NCBI RefSeq assembly: GCF_006345805.1
Contig: NC_043000.1
Span: forward strand, 153,946,001 to 154,010,000
DNA length: 64,000 nucleotides
Direction: 5' to 3'
Source of the DNA: Octopus sinensis
Taxonomy: Eukaryota
Shown here: positions 11,140 to 24,560 of the stretch, piece after piece
How the letters are laid out: each line of letters opens with the position of its first letter
How positions within the stretch are numbered: the first letter of the stretch is position 1
Translations under genes and position numbers: made by a program
Notes under the pieces: generated by a model
Database searches by the model: none
What the model saw: only the letters and a program-made list of their open reading frames with translations
What the model was told of the DNA's origin: nothing

Positions 11140-11395
11140 TCAATGCAATCAATAATCAATGTTTTTAAAAGTGAATAATTTGAGAAAGGAGAATTATAAC
11201 CGAAGAGTTCTTCGGTGAAGGAAAATGAGGAACTGTGACTTGGATGGCTGTAAATAAGGTATAAATAAGGAGGATAAGAAAACGAGTGGAAGGAATCCGT
11301 GACCTCGCATTGCAACGGTGAAAAGATCACAAGCCAGAGCAGTGGAGTGAATCAAGGTAAGGAGGAAGTAGTAAAGAAGACATTTTTGTTTATAG
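11140..11395 (-). mobile_element. Degraded non-LTR retrotransposon 3' fragment (Jockey/CR1-like)
   Basis: Frameshifted similarity to the RT C-terminal HCS.EL...P...TR.S..HPY....SSFF.R...LW motif. Confidence 0.4.
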
Positions 11396-11402
11396 ATGCA
11401 CA

Positions 11403-11573
11403 GGCGCAGGAATGGCTGTGTGGTAAGTAGCTTGCTAACCAACCACATGGTTCCGGGTTCAGTCCCACTGCGTGGCATCTTGGGCAAGTGTCTTCTGCTA
11501 TAGCCTCGGGCCGACCAATGCCTTGTCAGTGGATTTGGTAGACGGAAACTGAAAGAAGCCTGTCGTATATATG

Positions 11574-11608
<35 letters not shown>

Positions 11609-11819
11609 CTGTGTTTGTCCCCCTAGCATTGCTTGACAACCGATGCTGGTGTGTTTACGTCCCCGTCACTTAGCGGTTCGGCAAAAAAGAGACCGATAAA
11701 ATAAGTACTAGGCTTACAAAGAATAAGTCCCGGGGTCGATTTGCTCGACTGAAAGCAGTGCCCCAGCATAGCCGCAGTCAAATGTCTGAAACAAGTAAAA
11801 GAGTAAAAGAGTAAAAGAG
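11403..11819 (+). mobile_element. SINE family A, full length
   Basis: Consensus match. Confidence 0.92.
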
Positions 11820-12244
11820 GTGAAACATATATATGGACCAGAGAAGTTAAAATGAGTTGACCCTTCTCCACGCCCTTTGTAATCATGTCCGCGAGGCGCT
11901 GCTGAACACGCCATTTATTCTGGAGTGTACAAGCCGCTAACTCTCTCTCTCTCCCTCTTCTACTACTTAGTTCTCGCCGCCTTTTTTTTTTTGTTTTTCT
12001 GTGTTTTATTGGTGAGATTGCTATGAGATTTTTCTCGATAATTTGATCTCTTTCACTTTTAATGTTTTTTTTCTTTCTCTTCTTCCTGTACAAATATGTT
12101 GTTAATAACATGTAATTCATAAAGGTTAAAAGGATTAAGATGAATTAGTATATATTTGTACACACAACCACCTACACATGTATAAACGAGTTTATGCATG
12201 GAAACATAGACGTACGTATGTATGTATGTATGTATTTGTGTCTG

Positions 12245-12997
12245 TATGTTTTCTTCTGTTTTTAATTATTTAAATTTTTCTCTGCGGAAGGAGAGTTGAT
12301 TTCTAACAAAGATACAAAGTTCTATCGCTGGAATGTAGATAACAAAATCAATATCGCATTTTAAACTTGAGAAAAGCCTTGCATTATTTTACTCTTCCAC
12401 TTACAGATTGTGTTTGTAATGTACGAGTTAGTTGATTGATTTCTTTTTCTGAAAACTCTAGCTTATCGAAATTGCCACTTAGGCATTTACTCACAAAACC
12501 AACAAAAACAATTCTTATTGGTATAAATGTGGATTTATAATCCGGATAAAGAAGCTGGAGCTTTCGTGGCAGTTGTCCATAGTTATCCTCTTTTTATTAT
12601 TTCCAAAGAGATGTTCGCATGTCGGTACATACATTTTCGTCCCAGACAACAATATCTGGTCAGTTATGTTAACACATGTTTTGATGGGAATGTTCTACCA
12701 GTTTTCCTTGTGTTGATGTTCGTGTCTGTATTCAATAACAGGGGTATTTTCTATATTTACTCCAGGACAGTCTATTTTTTTCTGAATAGCATTGTATATC
12801 GTTTTTCCGACAACATAGTATCGCATAGGGAGGCAGTACCTTAATGATGTTTTTGGGCAGCTGCTAATCACATGTGTGATATCTTTCTCAGAAATATGGC
12901 AAAATCTTTATTTTCGGTTGCATCTTGGAGCTCCAGGGGCTTCACTGTCTCTTTTGTTTATCAGGTATTTCTGCTGTTCTTGGACTGCTAATTTTTG
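12245..12997 (-). mobile_element. RLE-type (R4-clade-like) LINE 3' fragment, family F, CATA-flanked
   Basis: KYLINKRD..CNRK*RFCH..EKDITHVISSCPK...PMRY.VVGKTIYNAI...NIPIKTC..HN*PDIVVWD...KEDNYGQL..LQLLYPDYK.TFIPI: CCHC knuckle, RHD-like and PD..D endonuclease motifs, with stops. Confidence 0.75.
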
Positions 12998-14689
12998 AAT
13001 GTATGTACTATGTATGTATATATGTACACGCGCGCATACATTAGTTCATATGCATAAATTTATACAAACATATTTTTACCAAAGCATAAGAAATAATGCC
13101 GAAAGCGAATGAGGAAAGAATTTTGAAGGATGAAGTAGAAAAATGAGGTGCAGTAGCATAAGTAAAGAAAGAATACGTAGGAGTAAGAAATCTAAACGGT
13201 CACAAGTTCTTGAGAAAAGCATTCATACACTCCCCCAGGCACAGAGACTGTTGATACAGATTCAGGTTCCTCTCTACACCCCGAAAAAAATCACTATAAT
13301 GAAAGGCAAGAGAGCTGTGACTAGGACAATTTATTGTAACCGGATGAAAGTAAAATCCATTCCTAAGTGCTGGTGGTGTATGTACCAAGGATAAAGATGA
13401 CATATTTCTTATGCAAGTGAATATGAAAAGATTTTTTTATAAAATGGTATCACAAACTGGTGTGCTATTTGTAATGGTCAGACAAATTTCTCTTTACGAA
13501 ACGCAAGGCATTTTGATGGCTGTCTACTTAAGAAGGGATAAGAAAGCCCATCGAAAGAACAATTCCTATTTGAGGTAATCAGACTTAAACTATCCTCCGA
13601 TTTGCTATCATCAGCTGGCATTTTTGAGTGTCTTTAGTGGAGTATATTCTGCTGTAAACATTTGAACCAGTTCCTGTAAAGGGCCACGAGCGCTGCCATT
13701 ATTCTAACAAAGCACAAAAATTGAATACTCTATATTATTTGGAAAATACCAAGGTGTTGTAATGAACTTCATGCATTTCCTAAAACCACTAAGAGACGAA
13801 GATGATTCATTACAATTAAAAAAAAAGATGTCATGGTCGCAGACTGCTGGTATCTTAGTTACTGTTCTACACTACATCCACACGTCACTTAATAATATTT
13901 CTTTCTCATTTTGACATCAAACCATAAATCTTGACGTGCTAGTAACGAAAACGCCGATGTGCGGTTTGCTAGAAATACAAGCCAAAATTCCTCATTTGTA
14001 TCTTTATAAATTCGTTTTAAACACGTGTGAATATACAACTTGTATCTCATTTGCATGCTCGCCTTCGACTCAATTAGCTCACGAAATCTTTTTTTCACTC
14101 TAATGCCTATTATAGAGGATCTTGTCGTCACTATTAAAAGAAAACAACGAATTACAGGACACATGATCCTATATTAAAAGTTCAACATATGATAGAGTAT
14201 GTGTGATAATCACAGTAGATTGTATAATACACAGAACTTTCTGGATTGAGTTTTGCGATAATGTTTTTAACCATTCAGCTATGAAAGGAAGAGCAGGGCG
14301 CATGACTATATATTCTTTAGATTCTCCAAAATTGGTGAGATGCAGGGAAGAATTTTTTGTCAAATAGTAGAATCATGAAGTAGGAGTAGCTTCGCTAATG
14401 CAAGAACCAGGTTGTTGTGTTGAACAAGGCAACGAATTTACGTCAACTACTTGTGAATTCAGAACCCAGACAGAAGAGAAATCAAAAGGCATCCACCCAA
14501 ACCTCAGACAATTTTGTCTGTTATTCTCCTGGACAGGTATTATTTTATTGTCTCCATAAGGATAATGCACAAGGCTGATCTCAGAGAAATATAAACTTAG
14601 ACAGTCATTTGAAGCACTACCAAGAATTTCGACATATCTCCCAATGACTCACTCTATTTGCCGACTGGATAACATTATTATTATTACTG

Positions 14690-14910
14690 GAAGGAAGCAA
14701 GCTGGCAGAATCATCAACGTCTCGGACGCAATGCTTAATGACGTTTCTTTCAGCCCTTTACGTTCTGAGTTCAAAACCTATCGAAGTCATGTTTGCCTTT
14801 CACCTATCGGGGACGATAAAATGAACTGCCAGTCAAGTATTGTGATCGATGTAATTGACTTGCCACTCCCTTAAAAACTGTTGGCCTTGCTTCAGAATTA
14901 GAAAAAATAT
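14690..14910 (+). mobile_element. SINE family B, diverged subfamily
   Basis: agctggcagaatc...ttacgttctgagttcaaa...tttgcctttcacctatcggggacgataaa. Confidence 0.7.
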
Positions 14911-16344
14911 TACAAATAGAACGAACTTGTCTATCCATGCCAGCGCCTTATTATATATATACTTTGATGATTTTGACCTTCTCGTAGGTTTCCTTTGGGT
15001 TTTAAACATAAACTTGTGATATACAAAGGAAATTACAAATATATCATGTAAAACTAAACAAACATTTTCTTCTCTTATTTGAACGCTTTGTTTTGTGTCG
15101 TCTGTACTTTCCATTTGGTCATGAGTCGTTACGCCTTACGCCTTATTGAACATGTCGTCATGTGTTACCCCATATTGAAGGCTGCATTTTGTTTTCTGTT
15201 AACACAGGCAAAAGTATTTCGTAACTCTATCCACTGAAACTTAATCCTGTCGTTTGGATCAATAAACATTAATGGTAAATAAAGCCTCGCGCAAATGGAA
15301 GTAGCAGACGATATAACGCTGCAATTGAAACACAAAACAATGCAGTATATTTGTGAAGGGAGGGAACATTTTTACGAGTGAATAAATAAGAGTAAATAAA
15401 CATTATAAAGATGAATTACTATGTCACTAAAATGCTAAATATATGGACTGTGGTAGAGGTTAATTATCCATCCGGATGTATTTTTGTAAGTTCTTTTTTA
15501 CATAGTCTAAAGTGCAGGGAAAGAACAGAAATCTGGTGAAACTGGTCATGATGTATATTTATAAAAATTAGTGAATAAAAAAGGTCTGGACTGGTTTTAT
15601 AATTTCAATTCTCATAAGAGTATCAAGTTTAATATTTTGGATTCTTGCTTTCGTCTACAAGTGAGGAAGAGAAAGAAAATGTAGCAGTCAGTTTGGTTGT
15701 AAGTTGCTAAATGACAGATTAATAAATATAACAATTCAGTTAAAGTAGTTACTAACATACTTTATGTTATAGGCTGAAAAACTACTGTAATTAAGATTGC
15801 ATTCGTAGTGATGAATATAAAAACTCACTTCATAATAACTCTGGTCAAAAATGCAAGGGAGACAACTGTGTGAATTTACATTAATTATAATTATTTAAAA
15901 ATTGAATTCAGTGGAGGGTTTCAATGATTCTTCTTAGTTCGGAATCTATTGTGGGCATGTTTTGATAAACAGGATGCCACATGCAGGAAAAACAGATAAT
16001 GATTTAGTGTACTAAGAAATTAATTTAAATTACACCTGTACCCAATAGCGAACATCATTACTTTAATGATTAGTTCCAGTCAAGAAAAGCAAGAGAAAAA
16101 ACGGTAAAGAATGAGGATTCGTAGATCTGTTTATTATTGGAATAAACAATTAAAATCCGAGAGACAATGATATTTCAACATCTTACTTTATTTTCAATTA
16201 TTTCTCATGCCAAATATCAACATTTCATTACATAAATACATAAGCACAACCATTATATTAACTGAGATGTATTTTGAAGTAAGTTAATAAATCTACCTCT
16301 TACTCTCACCCGCTTTTCCTCTACCTCTCTACATCTCTTTTACT

Positions 16345-16570
16345 CTTCTACTCTTTTACATGTTTCAGTCATTTGACTGTGGCCATGCTGGAGCACCGCC
16401 TTTAGTCGAGCAAATCGACCCCGGGACTTATTCTTTGTAAGCCCAGTACTTATTCTATCGGTCTCTTTTGCCGAACCGCTAAGTGACGGGGACGTAAACA
16501 CACCAGCATCGGTTGTCAAGCAATGCTAGGGGGACAAACACAGACACACAAACACATACACACGCATACG

Positions 16571-16635
<65 letters not shown>

Positions 16636-16637
16636 AT

Positions 16638-16696
<59 letters not shown>

Positions 16697-17068
16697 CGGG
16701 AAGCTTTATGAAAATAAACAAAAGACGAAGGCAGGTGGAAAACAAACGAACAATTGTATTAGTATGGCGCTCAGGAAATATAAATAAAACAAGTCTTTAA
16801 CGTTTCGAGCCTACGCTCTTCAACAGAAAGATACACAGAGAGAGAAAAACACAGAAAGAAGGAGAGAAAAAAATGCGTGCAGTAGCTAATATATATATAC
16901 ATATATGCGACAGGATTCTTTCAGTTTCCGTCTACCAAATCCACTCACAAGGCATTGGTCGGCCCGGGGCTATAGCAGAAGACACTTGCCCAAGATGCCA
17001 CGCAGCGGGACTGAACCCGGAACCATGTGGTTGGTAAGCAAGCTACTTACCACACAGCCACTCCCACG
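16345..17068 (-). mobile_element. SINE family A split by an insertion into its internal (TA)n tract
   Basis: 3' half 16345-16560 and 5' half 16905-17068 flank an expanded (TA)n and a foreign fragment. Confidence 0.88.
16696..16890 (-). mobile_element. Penelope-like terminal-repeat fragment (family P2) with hammerhead-like motif
   Basis: TCTTT-CTGTTGA-A-GAGC GTAG GCTC-GAAAC-GTT-AAAGA at 16831-16794; homologous to 37755-37965. Confidence 0.6.
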
Positions 17069-17434
17069 CCATCTCTCTCACTTTCTCTCTCTTTACATGC
17101 AATGTATGCATATGTTGAGTTTGTTACATTTTGGCCCGCATATGTTACAAAAATTAGGATGTTTTTCTAGTTAATATTTAAACAACATAAAAACCTAGAT
17201 TTCTAAGTAAATAATTTTGTTTTAAATAAATAATTTTGAATTAAATAAAAATATTGTCTAGATTAAAAAGAAACATGAGCGAATGATTTATGAAAATATA
17301 TATTTGCCTATTTAATTGATATGCAACATTAATTTAACAATTTGCAGATATAATTTGTTGTAGAAAGTTTTCATGTTTACCAGTTATTATTTCAGTTGGA
17401 CTGACTAGGGTCTTATTGAAAAGCATTGCTACTG

Positions 17435-17503
<69 letters not shown>

Positions 17504-17506
<3 letters not shown>

Positions 17507-17812
17507 TAGTTTTATTTTTATAGCGTTCTTTCACTTCACTACCGAGCGCAGCTCTGTGTGCCTTAGGTATGTGCTGTGATTTGTTGTGATGCTCTGATGG
17601 TTATTGTATGGAAAGTGTTCTGCGTAGGATGTGTGCAGTGCCTAGTAGTGCAATTTTCTGTATGTTATATGCGTTTGTAAGTCCTGGTGTTTTTGTTATG
17701 TATTTGTCTGAATATTTTTTTATCATGCTTAATGCACCTACTATGATAGGAATTGTTTCTGTTTTTAGATTCCACATTCTGGTTACCTCCATTTTCAGGT
17801 CTTTGTATTTTG
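17504..17812 (-). mobile_element. R4/Dong-type LINE family A, 5'-truncated 3' end in (TAA)n
   Basis: KYKDLKMEVTRMWNLKTETIPIIVGALSMIKK...ALLGTAHILRRTLSIQ*; 3' end matches 60018-61390; trinucleotide arrays on both sides. Confidence 0.9.
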
Positions 17813-17858
<46 letters not shown>

Positions 17859-17913
17859 TATTATTATTATTATCATCATCATCATCATCATCATCATCGT
17901 CATTATTATTATT

Positions 17914-20900
17914 CATATGCACTCAACAGATTAAACTGTTAGAAAAGAAAGGTATCCCAACATCGGGCTACGACAAGTAGCCTTAGCTGCCAAGAACCCT
18001 CCTATTCAGTTACAGCAAGTAACCTTTGATGCCAAGAACCTTTCTAAGTATCCCAGCTGTCCTTAATAGTACTGTTTCCTGCAGCTGTACTAAACTGGGT
18101 TTTATGCCTATTTCCTCTATCCATCTGTTCAGATCTTTAGGGATAGTTCCCAGTACACCTATAACTACTGGAATATATTTTACCCGCACTTTCTATAGTC
18201 TCTGTAATTCAATAGCTAGGTCCTGGTACTTTGATATTTTTTCTATACTTCTCATATTTTTCCTGATTTGGGACTGTACTGTTAATTATCTGGTATTTTC
18301 TATTCTCTTTATCTACTACTACTAAATTAGGCCTTCTAGCTTCCGTTACTCTGTCAGTCTAAAACTTAAAGTCACACATCTATTTCTTACTCTCTAGTAC
18401 TTTACTAAGTTCATGTTCATACCATTTATTAGTATGTTCAAATCCTAGCTTTCTACATAGTTCCCCGCGGAATGCTCTCCTGAGATTGTCATGTTTTTCC
18501 TTATATTCTTTGTGCCAGCATGCTACATACACTTACTATATTAGTAACGCTTTCCTCTTTTGATTTTAATAATCTGCACTGGGAATCTACTTGGTTTTTG
18601 TCTATCTTGGCTTGTATCCAATTAGTCCTTAGTGCTTGATCTTATGCAGCTACTAACAAACTTTCTGTCTCCCTTTTCAGCTTTCCTATCTGCAGCCATG
18701 ACCATGTCTCACTACTACTATTTGTTGAAACTATCTTTGCGAATCCATCATGCAACACCTTCTCCTGCAAGTCAGATAAATTCTGTTTTTTTCCTGTTGT
18801 TAAGTTCTATTGGGGTTTGGTTTCCCTGTGTCTTGCTGTGACTCTAGCAGCTTTTAACAAACTTTCTTCACTATTACCTACATAAGAGTCTATATCTACT
18901 CTAGTTAACTCCACGCAGTCTTCTACTGATATTAACCCTTTTCCACCTTCCTTTCTAGAGAAGTACAATCTGGCCACTCCTGCTCTTGGATGGCGTCCTC
19001 CATTCATATTGAATTCCTTTCAAGTTCTTCTGTCTAGCTTTTCTAATTCAGTTTTTCTCCAATCTTCAAAAGCTGTTGATATCTAAGTAATGATACTGCC
19101 CAAGTATTTACAGCCTTCACTAAATTCACACCAGTTAACTTTAACTTCTTTAGTTTCTTCACCCTTCTGATGTACTCCTTCTGAATTTTCGTTTTCTTTT
19201 CTGTAGATAATACTCTGTCAAATGATTCTAATACTCCTAGATACTTATAACTCTCTCCTCCTTTCAATAATTTTTATGTCTGGTCATCTGGTAATTGGAT
19301 GCCTTCGCTGTTGACTACATGTTCCCCTTTCATGACTAATATTGCACACTTATATATGCCAAATCCCATGCCTATATATTTGCTGAAGAGTCTTACAGAC
19401 TATCTCTTTTTCATTCTTACTAAAAAGCTTCAGATCATCCATGCAGAGCAAATTTTTATTTTTTCCATTATTATTTCTGAACTGATACCCTGCCTTTGCC
19501 TTCCTTAATACTAAACGGGGGGGGGGATCAAACATAAGATAAGTATTAAAGGGGACAACGAGTCCCCCTCGGAAATTCCTCTTTTGATATTAACTTCCCC
19601 TAAACGTGTGTCACGTGAGTAGAGATCTACTTTCCATTTCTTCATGCTAAAGCTCATTAATTTTCTTCTTGTCTGCTATACTGAATACACTCAAACATTC
19701 ATTTATCCATCAGTGTGGGATCATGTCATAAGCTTTCTTACAAACTGTCCATGCTATTGTTAGATTTTTCTTTCTAGCTTTTACTTCATTTAGAACTATT
19801 TTGTCTATATATAATAGATCGTGCGGTTGTCTAGCCTTCTTCCTGCAACCTTTCTGTTCTTCTGGTAGTAAATTCTGGTTGTCAAGGTGTTCGTAAATTC
19901 TTTCTGAAAGTATTCCTATTAACAACTTCCACACTAATGGTAAGCAAGTGACTGGTCCATAGTTGCTAGCTGTATTGCCCTTGTTCTTATCCTTCATAAT
20001 GAGTATTGTCCTCCCTCTATTCATCCAATCTGGTATTATTCCTCCCTTAAGACAATTCTGAAGTTGTTCCCTCGGCCTCCCATGTAAAGTACTGAATTTC
20101 CCACAGCCAGTACCCTTGAACTAAATTTGATCCTGGACCCTTCCAATTCGGCATTTTTCTTTTACCCATTAATGCACTAGTGAATCTTAGATCTGGCTGC
20201 TTCTCACTCACTTTCTTTAATTACACTGCATCCCCATTGTGATTGACTGGTTTAAACCAAATATTACTCCAGATATTTCTAGCTTCCTCTACATTAGGTT
20301 GCTCATCTTCAGTACTTCATTCTGCACTATTTATTTGATTATAAAATCTCCTCTGGTCTGTCTCAAATGATCTATTCTATTGATACTGATCTATTCTTTT
20401 CTGATAACTGGAGAGCTTGCCTGCCACTGATATGATATGCTGTTTCATCTTTTCTATTATTGTCCCAAATCCTTTCTCTTTGACTAAGTATCTTTCCTCG
20501 AGGCAAGATTTGCATCTTGTTTCCCAACTTGTTTGTTTTCCAGGCTTTTATTATACCCAGATCCTGTCTTAAAGTCTTCACTTTATTTTGTAGTGACCTT
20601 TTCCACATTTTTAATCTTTCCCAGTGATATATCTAATCTTTTGGTGACTACTACCTTTCCTGCATAGATCAATAAGTTAGTGTCTTCTACAGTTTTTAGT
20701 ATCTTTCCTACCGATAACAAATTCTATTTTCCTAGTAATTTTTTGTAGTTTCCTTTTGTTAATGCTGGCAATCTTTTCCCTACTTCTTTACTCATCACTT
20801 CCTGCAACTCATCTAAAGCCTTCTGATCTTCCTCACTTAAGTCGTTGGCGCCAGTTGTCCCTTCCTTGTTGGTAGCGCTATTATTATTTTTTCCTTTAAG

Positions 20901-21400
20901 TTCTTCTTTGGCTTGAGCTGTATCTCTTATATTTTTTTTGTTTATCTTTCCTACTGCCTGGTCTTCCTTTTCCAGTTCTTTTGTGATCTCCTCTATTTCC
21001 AATTCTGTCATCGACTTTCTTCTTCTAATAGCATTAGCTTGATCAACTAATCTCTGTTCAGTCACTTTAAACATACCCTTCTCTACCCAAAGTGTTAACA
21101 TCCGTTTTCTATAGCCTCTTCTTTTAAGATCACTTTCTAAATAACATTGTGTCACTATTCTGTTTTCTTCGCTGGTCCACTTCCTCCTCCTTGTTCTATT
21201 ATCTACTGATGCTGTATGAGGATAACAGCTGTGGTTAGTTTGCATATTTACTGATCTCCTGCCGAGCAAGAGGCCTTCCCTTAAAGCTCTAGCTTCATTT
21301 TCGCTGTCGCAACCAGAGTTCATCGGAAACTCCCGTCACTCATAAACTGAGGTAAGGTAACGTTCGTCACCATCGTCATCACCACTATAATTTTTCGACA
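17914..21400 (-). mobile_element. Near-full-length decayed R4/Dong-type LINE (family E)
   Basis: N-terminal RRRKWTSEENRIVTQCYLES..GYRKRM; RT motifs NYGPVTCLPLVWKLL, EQKGCRK, KKAYDMIPH, QRGIS/GDS, LLCMDDLKLF; C-terminal RLYFSRKEGGKGLIS and RLE; many stops and frameshifts; 3' end runs into (AAT)n. Confidence 0.9.
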
Positions 21401-21704
21401 CCTGAAAGCTTCAAGCAACTTTCTATTACATCATATGTTGCACCTTGATGCTAGTGGGGTGATGTGTGCTGCATTTTTCTTTGGGGGTAGGGAAATTGTA
21501 CTGAATCAGTACGTTTTGTTATGGGGTTTTGTTTGAGTCTTCCGCTGTATTACTTTATATATTGTGTGTTGTTTGTACAGCGCAGGTTGTGTGTCTTGTA
21601 TCGGGTATCGGCCTTCCAAGGCACATGTTGTGGGTTTTGTTCATTTTGTTGGGTATTTACAGTATGAGTTTATTTTTGCATGTTTTTGGAGGGGTATTGC
21701 ATAG

Positions 21705-21756
<52 letters not shown>

Positions 21757-21849
21757 CTCCTAAATCAACATTATGTAGTATTTATGATTATCCGTCCGCT
21801 GTTCTTTTGCTTGGTTTTGTTATGGGTTTCGTTAATAATAATAATAATA

Positions 21850-21900
<51 letters not shown>

Positions 21901-23080
21901 GTCATTTACTTTTAAACTGCATGTTTGATGCAATCACTTGCCGGGGCACACCCAGCGCCCTAGGGCAAGTGAAGGTTAAGGGTTGTTGAAATATAGCTGA
22001 AAGTATGGGGAGGGGAAGTAGAAAAATATCTCCTTGTAATACAAACACAAACATTTACATCGATAGGGTTTTTCTAAGGATGTGGGCAGTACTTGTTAGC
22101 ACAATCTTTTGGATTTCCTTGAGAGATGGTTCTCCAGGGATATTGTCTAGGTGTTTCTGACATCCCTTTTTTATCATACCTAGGGCACCTACAATAACAA
22201 GAACAGTTTTTGTTTTAAGATTCCACATCTTTTGTATTTCAATTTCCTGGTCCTTATATTTACTAAGTTTGTCAAATTCCTTTACAGATACATTTTTATC
22301 AATGGGGACGCTTACCTCTATTAGTCTGCAGGTATTTTCTTCCCTGTCTTTAACAATTATGTCTGGTCGATTAGCCTTGATCGTTCTGTCAGTGTTGACT
22401 GGAAAATCCCAGAGGATGGTGACATCCTTACCTTCAACAACTGGCTGAGGATGGTGTTCATACCAGTTAGCAGGAGTGCCGAATTTGTAGTGTTTACATA
22501 TCTTCCAATGTATATAGTGTCCTACCCTATCGTGGCGATTTTTGTATTCGTTTGGTGTCAGTACAGGACATCCCGAAACGAGATTGTCTATTGTTTAGTC
22601 AAACGTGTCGCAGAATCTGCATTTAGGGTCAGTACCGTTTCGGAGAACGTTAGCCTGGTAATTTCTGGTAAACAAGCTTTGATCTTGTGCTGCCAGTATG
22701 AAGCCTTCAGTCTCTGCTTTCAATCCAGAACTCTTCAGCCACTGATGGGTTGTTGCTTGGTCTACATCAGCATTTTGGCTTCGGAGACTATATTGTCCAT
22801 GCAGGGGCTTCTAGCTCCACCGCCTCTCAATTTGATTCTGCCCGTTCTTTTTTGCAGTCTGCTTGATTCGCTTTGCTTGCTTGGTAGCAGTGGTTTCCGG
22901 CACTTCATCTGATTCAAGGTTAATGTCTAGTTCCCTTTCGAACTTATAAGCTTCCTTGACAATAGAATGCAGCTTTTTGCTGCTTTCGTGTTCGCACACA
23001 AGTCGCAGCATCCAGTCCTTTGTACTAGATAGGTACCTGTTCATTCCTACAGTAGAGGTCTTATAGCACAGCTCTAATTG

Positions 23081-23081
<1 letters not shown>
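21901..23081 (-). mobile_element. R4/Dong-type LINE family B, 5'-truncated, (TAA)n-flanked
   Basis: QLELCYKTSTVGMNRYL..KPLHGQY..WLKSSGLKAETEGFILAAQDQ..CRFC..RHDRVGHYIHW..PDII; (TTA)n at 21835-21900 and 23082-23168. Confidence 0.9.
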
Positions 23082-23122
<41 letters not shown>

Positions 23123-23123
23123 C

Positions 23124-23155
<32 letters not shown>

Positions 23156-23170
23156 CAGCATCATTATTAG

Positions 23171-23394
23171 GGCGGCGAGCTGGCAGAATCGTTTGCACGC
23201 CGGTTAAAATGCTTAGTGGTATTTCGTCTGCCACTGCGTTCTGAGTTCAAATTCCGCCGAGGTCGACTTTGCCTTTCATCCTTTCGGGGTCGATAAATAA
23301 TCGACTTAATCCGTTTGTCTGTCCTTGTTTGTCCTCTCTGTGTTTAGCCCCTTGTGGGTAGTAAAGAAATAGGTATTTCACCCGTCGCTACGTT
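23171..23394 (+). mobile_element. SINE family B with the start of a second unit
   Basis: Full unit, then aaagaaata|ggtatttcacccgtcgctacgtt. Confidence 0.9.
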
Positions 23395-23989
23395 ATATAT
23401 TATTTAGTGTATCCTTCCTTTTGAAAACGTTAACGTGCACTTTGAAGGAGATCATGATGCTATTTCTCACAGGTGAGGGTTAGCTCGTATGTGATGTTGT
23501 TTTTGTTATATTTGAAAATAGGAAGTGGAACAAAGCCATATCCAATATGAACACCTAAACTTAGACGTTAGCAGAAATTTCAGGAAAGAATAAAATAGAA
23601 AATTTCTTGGTGGGCCATGAATTTTTACATTCTCAAAACCATCAATGGCATCTTAAAGTAATTCTTAGAATATTTGATAGCGTTATCGCGCAACCAGAAC
23701 TAATGACGTGACCCTAAACATGAAATCATCTTTCTCTATATGAACGTTAGATTAATTATAGAAGCCTCTGTATTCTCCCTTAAATAGTATAAAAACTCGA
23801 AGTTCCGTACTCCCAAGACTGTTATTTTATGTGTTATTGAGTCAAGTTACGAATGAATGATAATAAAGTACGATTATTAATTCATTTTAGACGACTGTTT
23901 TAAATTATTAGGTGTCTAAACTTACGATGTTAGTAGCAAATGTTTGGAGGATAAATACCAACTAGTTATTAGACACCGTTTACAAGAGG

Positions 23990-24560
23990 AACGGATAGTT
24001 AGAATGCGATTTGAGAGATAAGATTCAAGAAAACATTGAACAAGTTATGGTCGATTCCTTCTGTAGAAATGAGACTTCTATTTTAGAGGATACGATATAC
24101 GATATAGTATTTGAATACTTTATGCATTGGCTGAAATATCTAAATAGTTTGTTTTGTTTTTTTTTCCTTTAGTGTAGAGCATATTTGATCTTCGTAAATT
24201 GCCAACAGATGTTTTGAGCTGATGCAGTCTCTCGCTCTGAAGAAGAAAATTTGGTTTTTTATGAGTAGTGTGAAACTCCAAGGAAGATTAAAGAGTGTTA
24301 AATTTAGCATTTGTAACAAGTGAATCTGTGTTTCACATTATTTCGTAGTTGAAGGGTATCTAGTGTTGGTGGGGTGTTCTGTTAGTTTGCTGATGACCGG
24401 GAAAAAGCATTAAAGATGTATAAGAATGAGGTCTAAGCGAGGGTGGTACTATAAGTGTTGGCAAGTGCGCAATGTGAAACTAGAGCGAGAAGATCACTAG
24501 TTTTTGGACCCTAGCTAACAGAGTGACACTTTTAGAAGATAATTCGTGGTTTTAATACGA
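23990..24560 (-). mobile_element. Highly degraded LINE RT fragment (Jockey/CR1-like)
   Basis: TSDLLALVSH..LYIFNAFSR (cf. STGDLL...LDISKAFDR) and FFFRARDCISSKHLLAIYEDQI. Confidence 0.45.

Noticed and set aside
21440-21700. Weak resemblance to a Penelope GIY-YIG region (CALEGR..)
   Set aside because: Too few conserved residues to call
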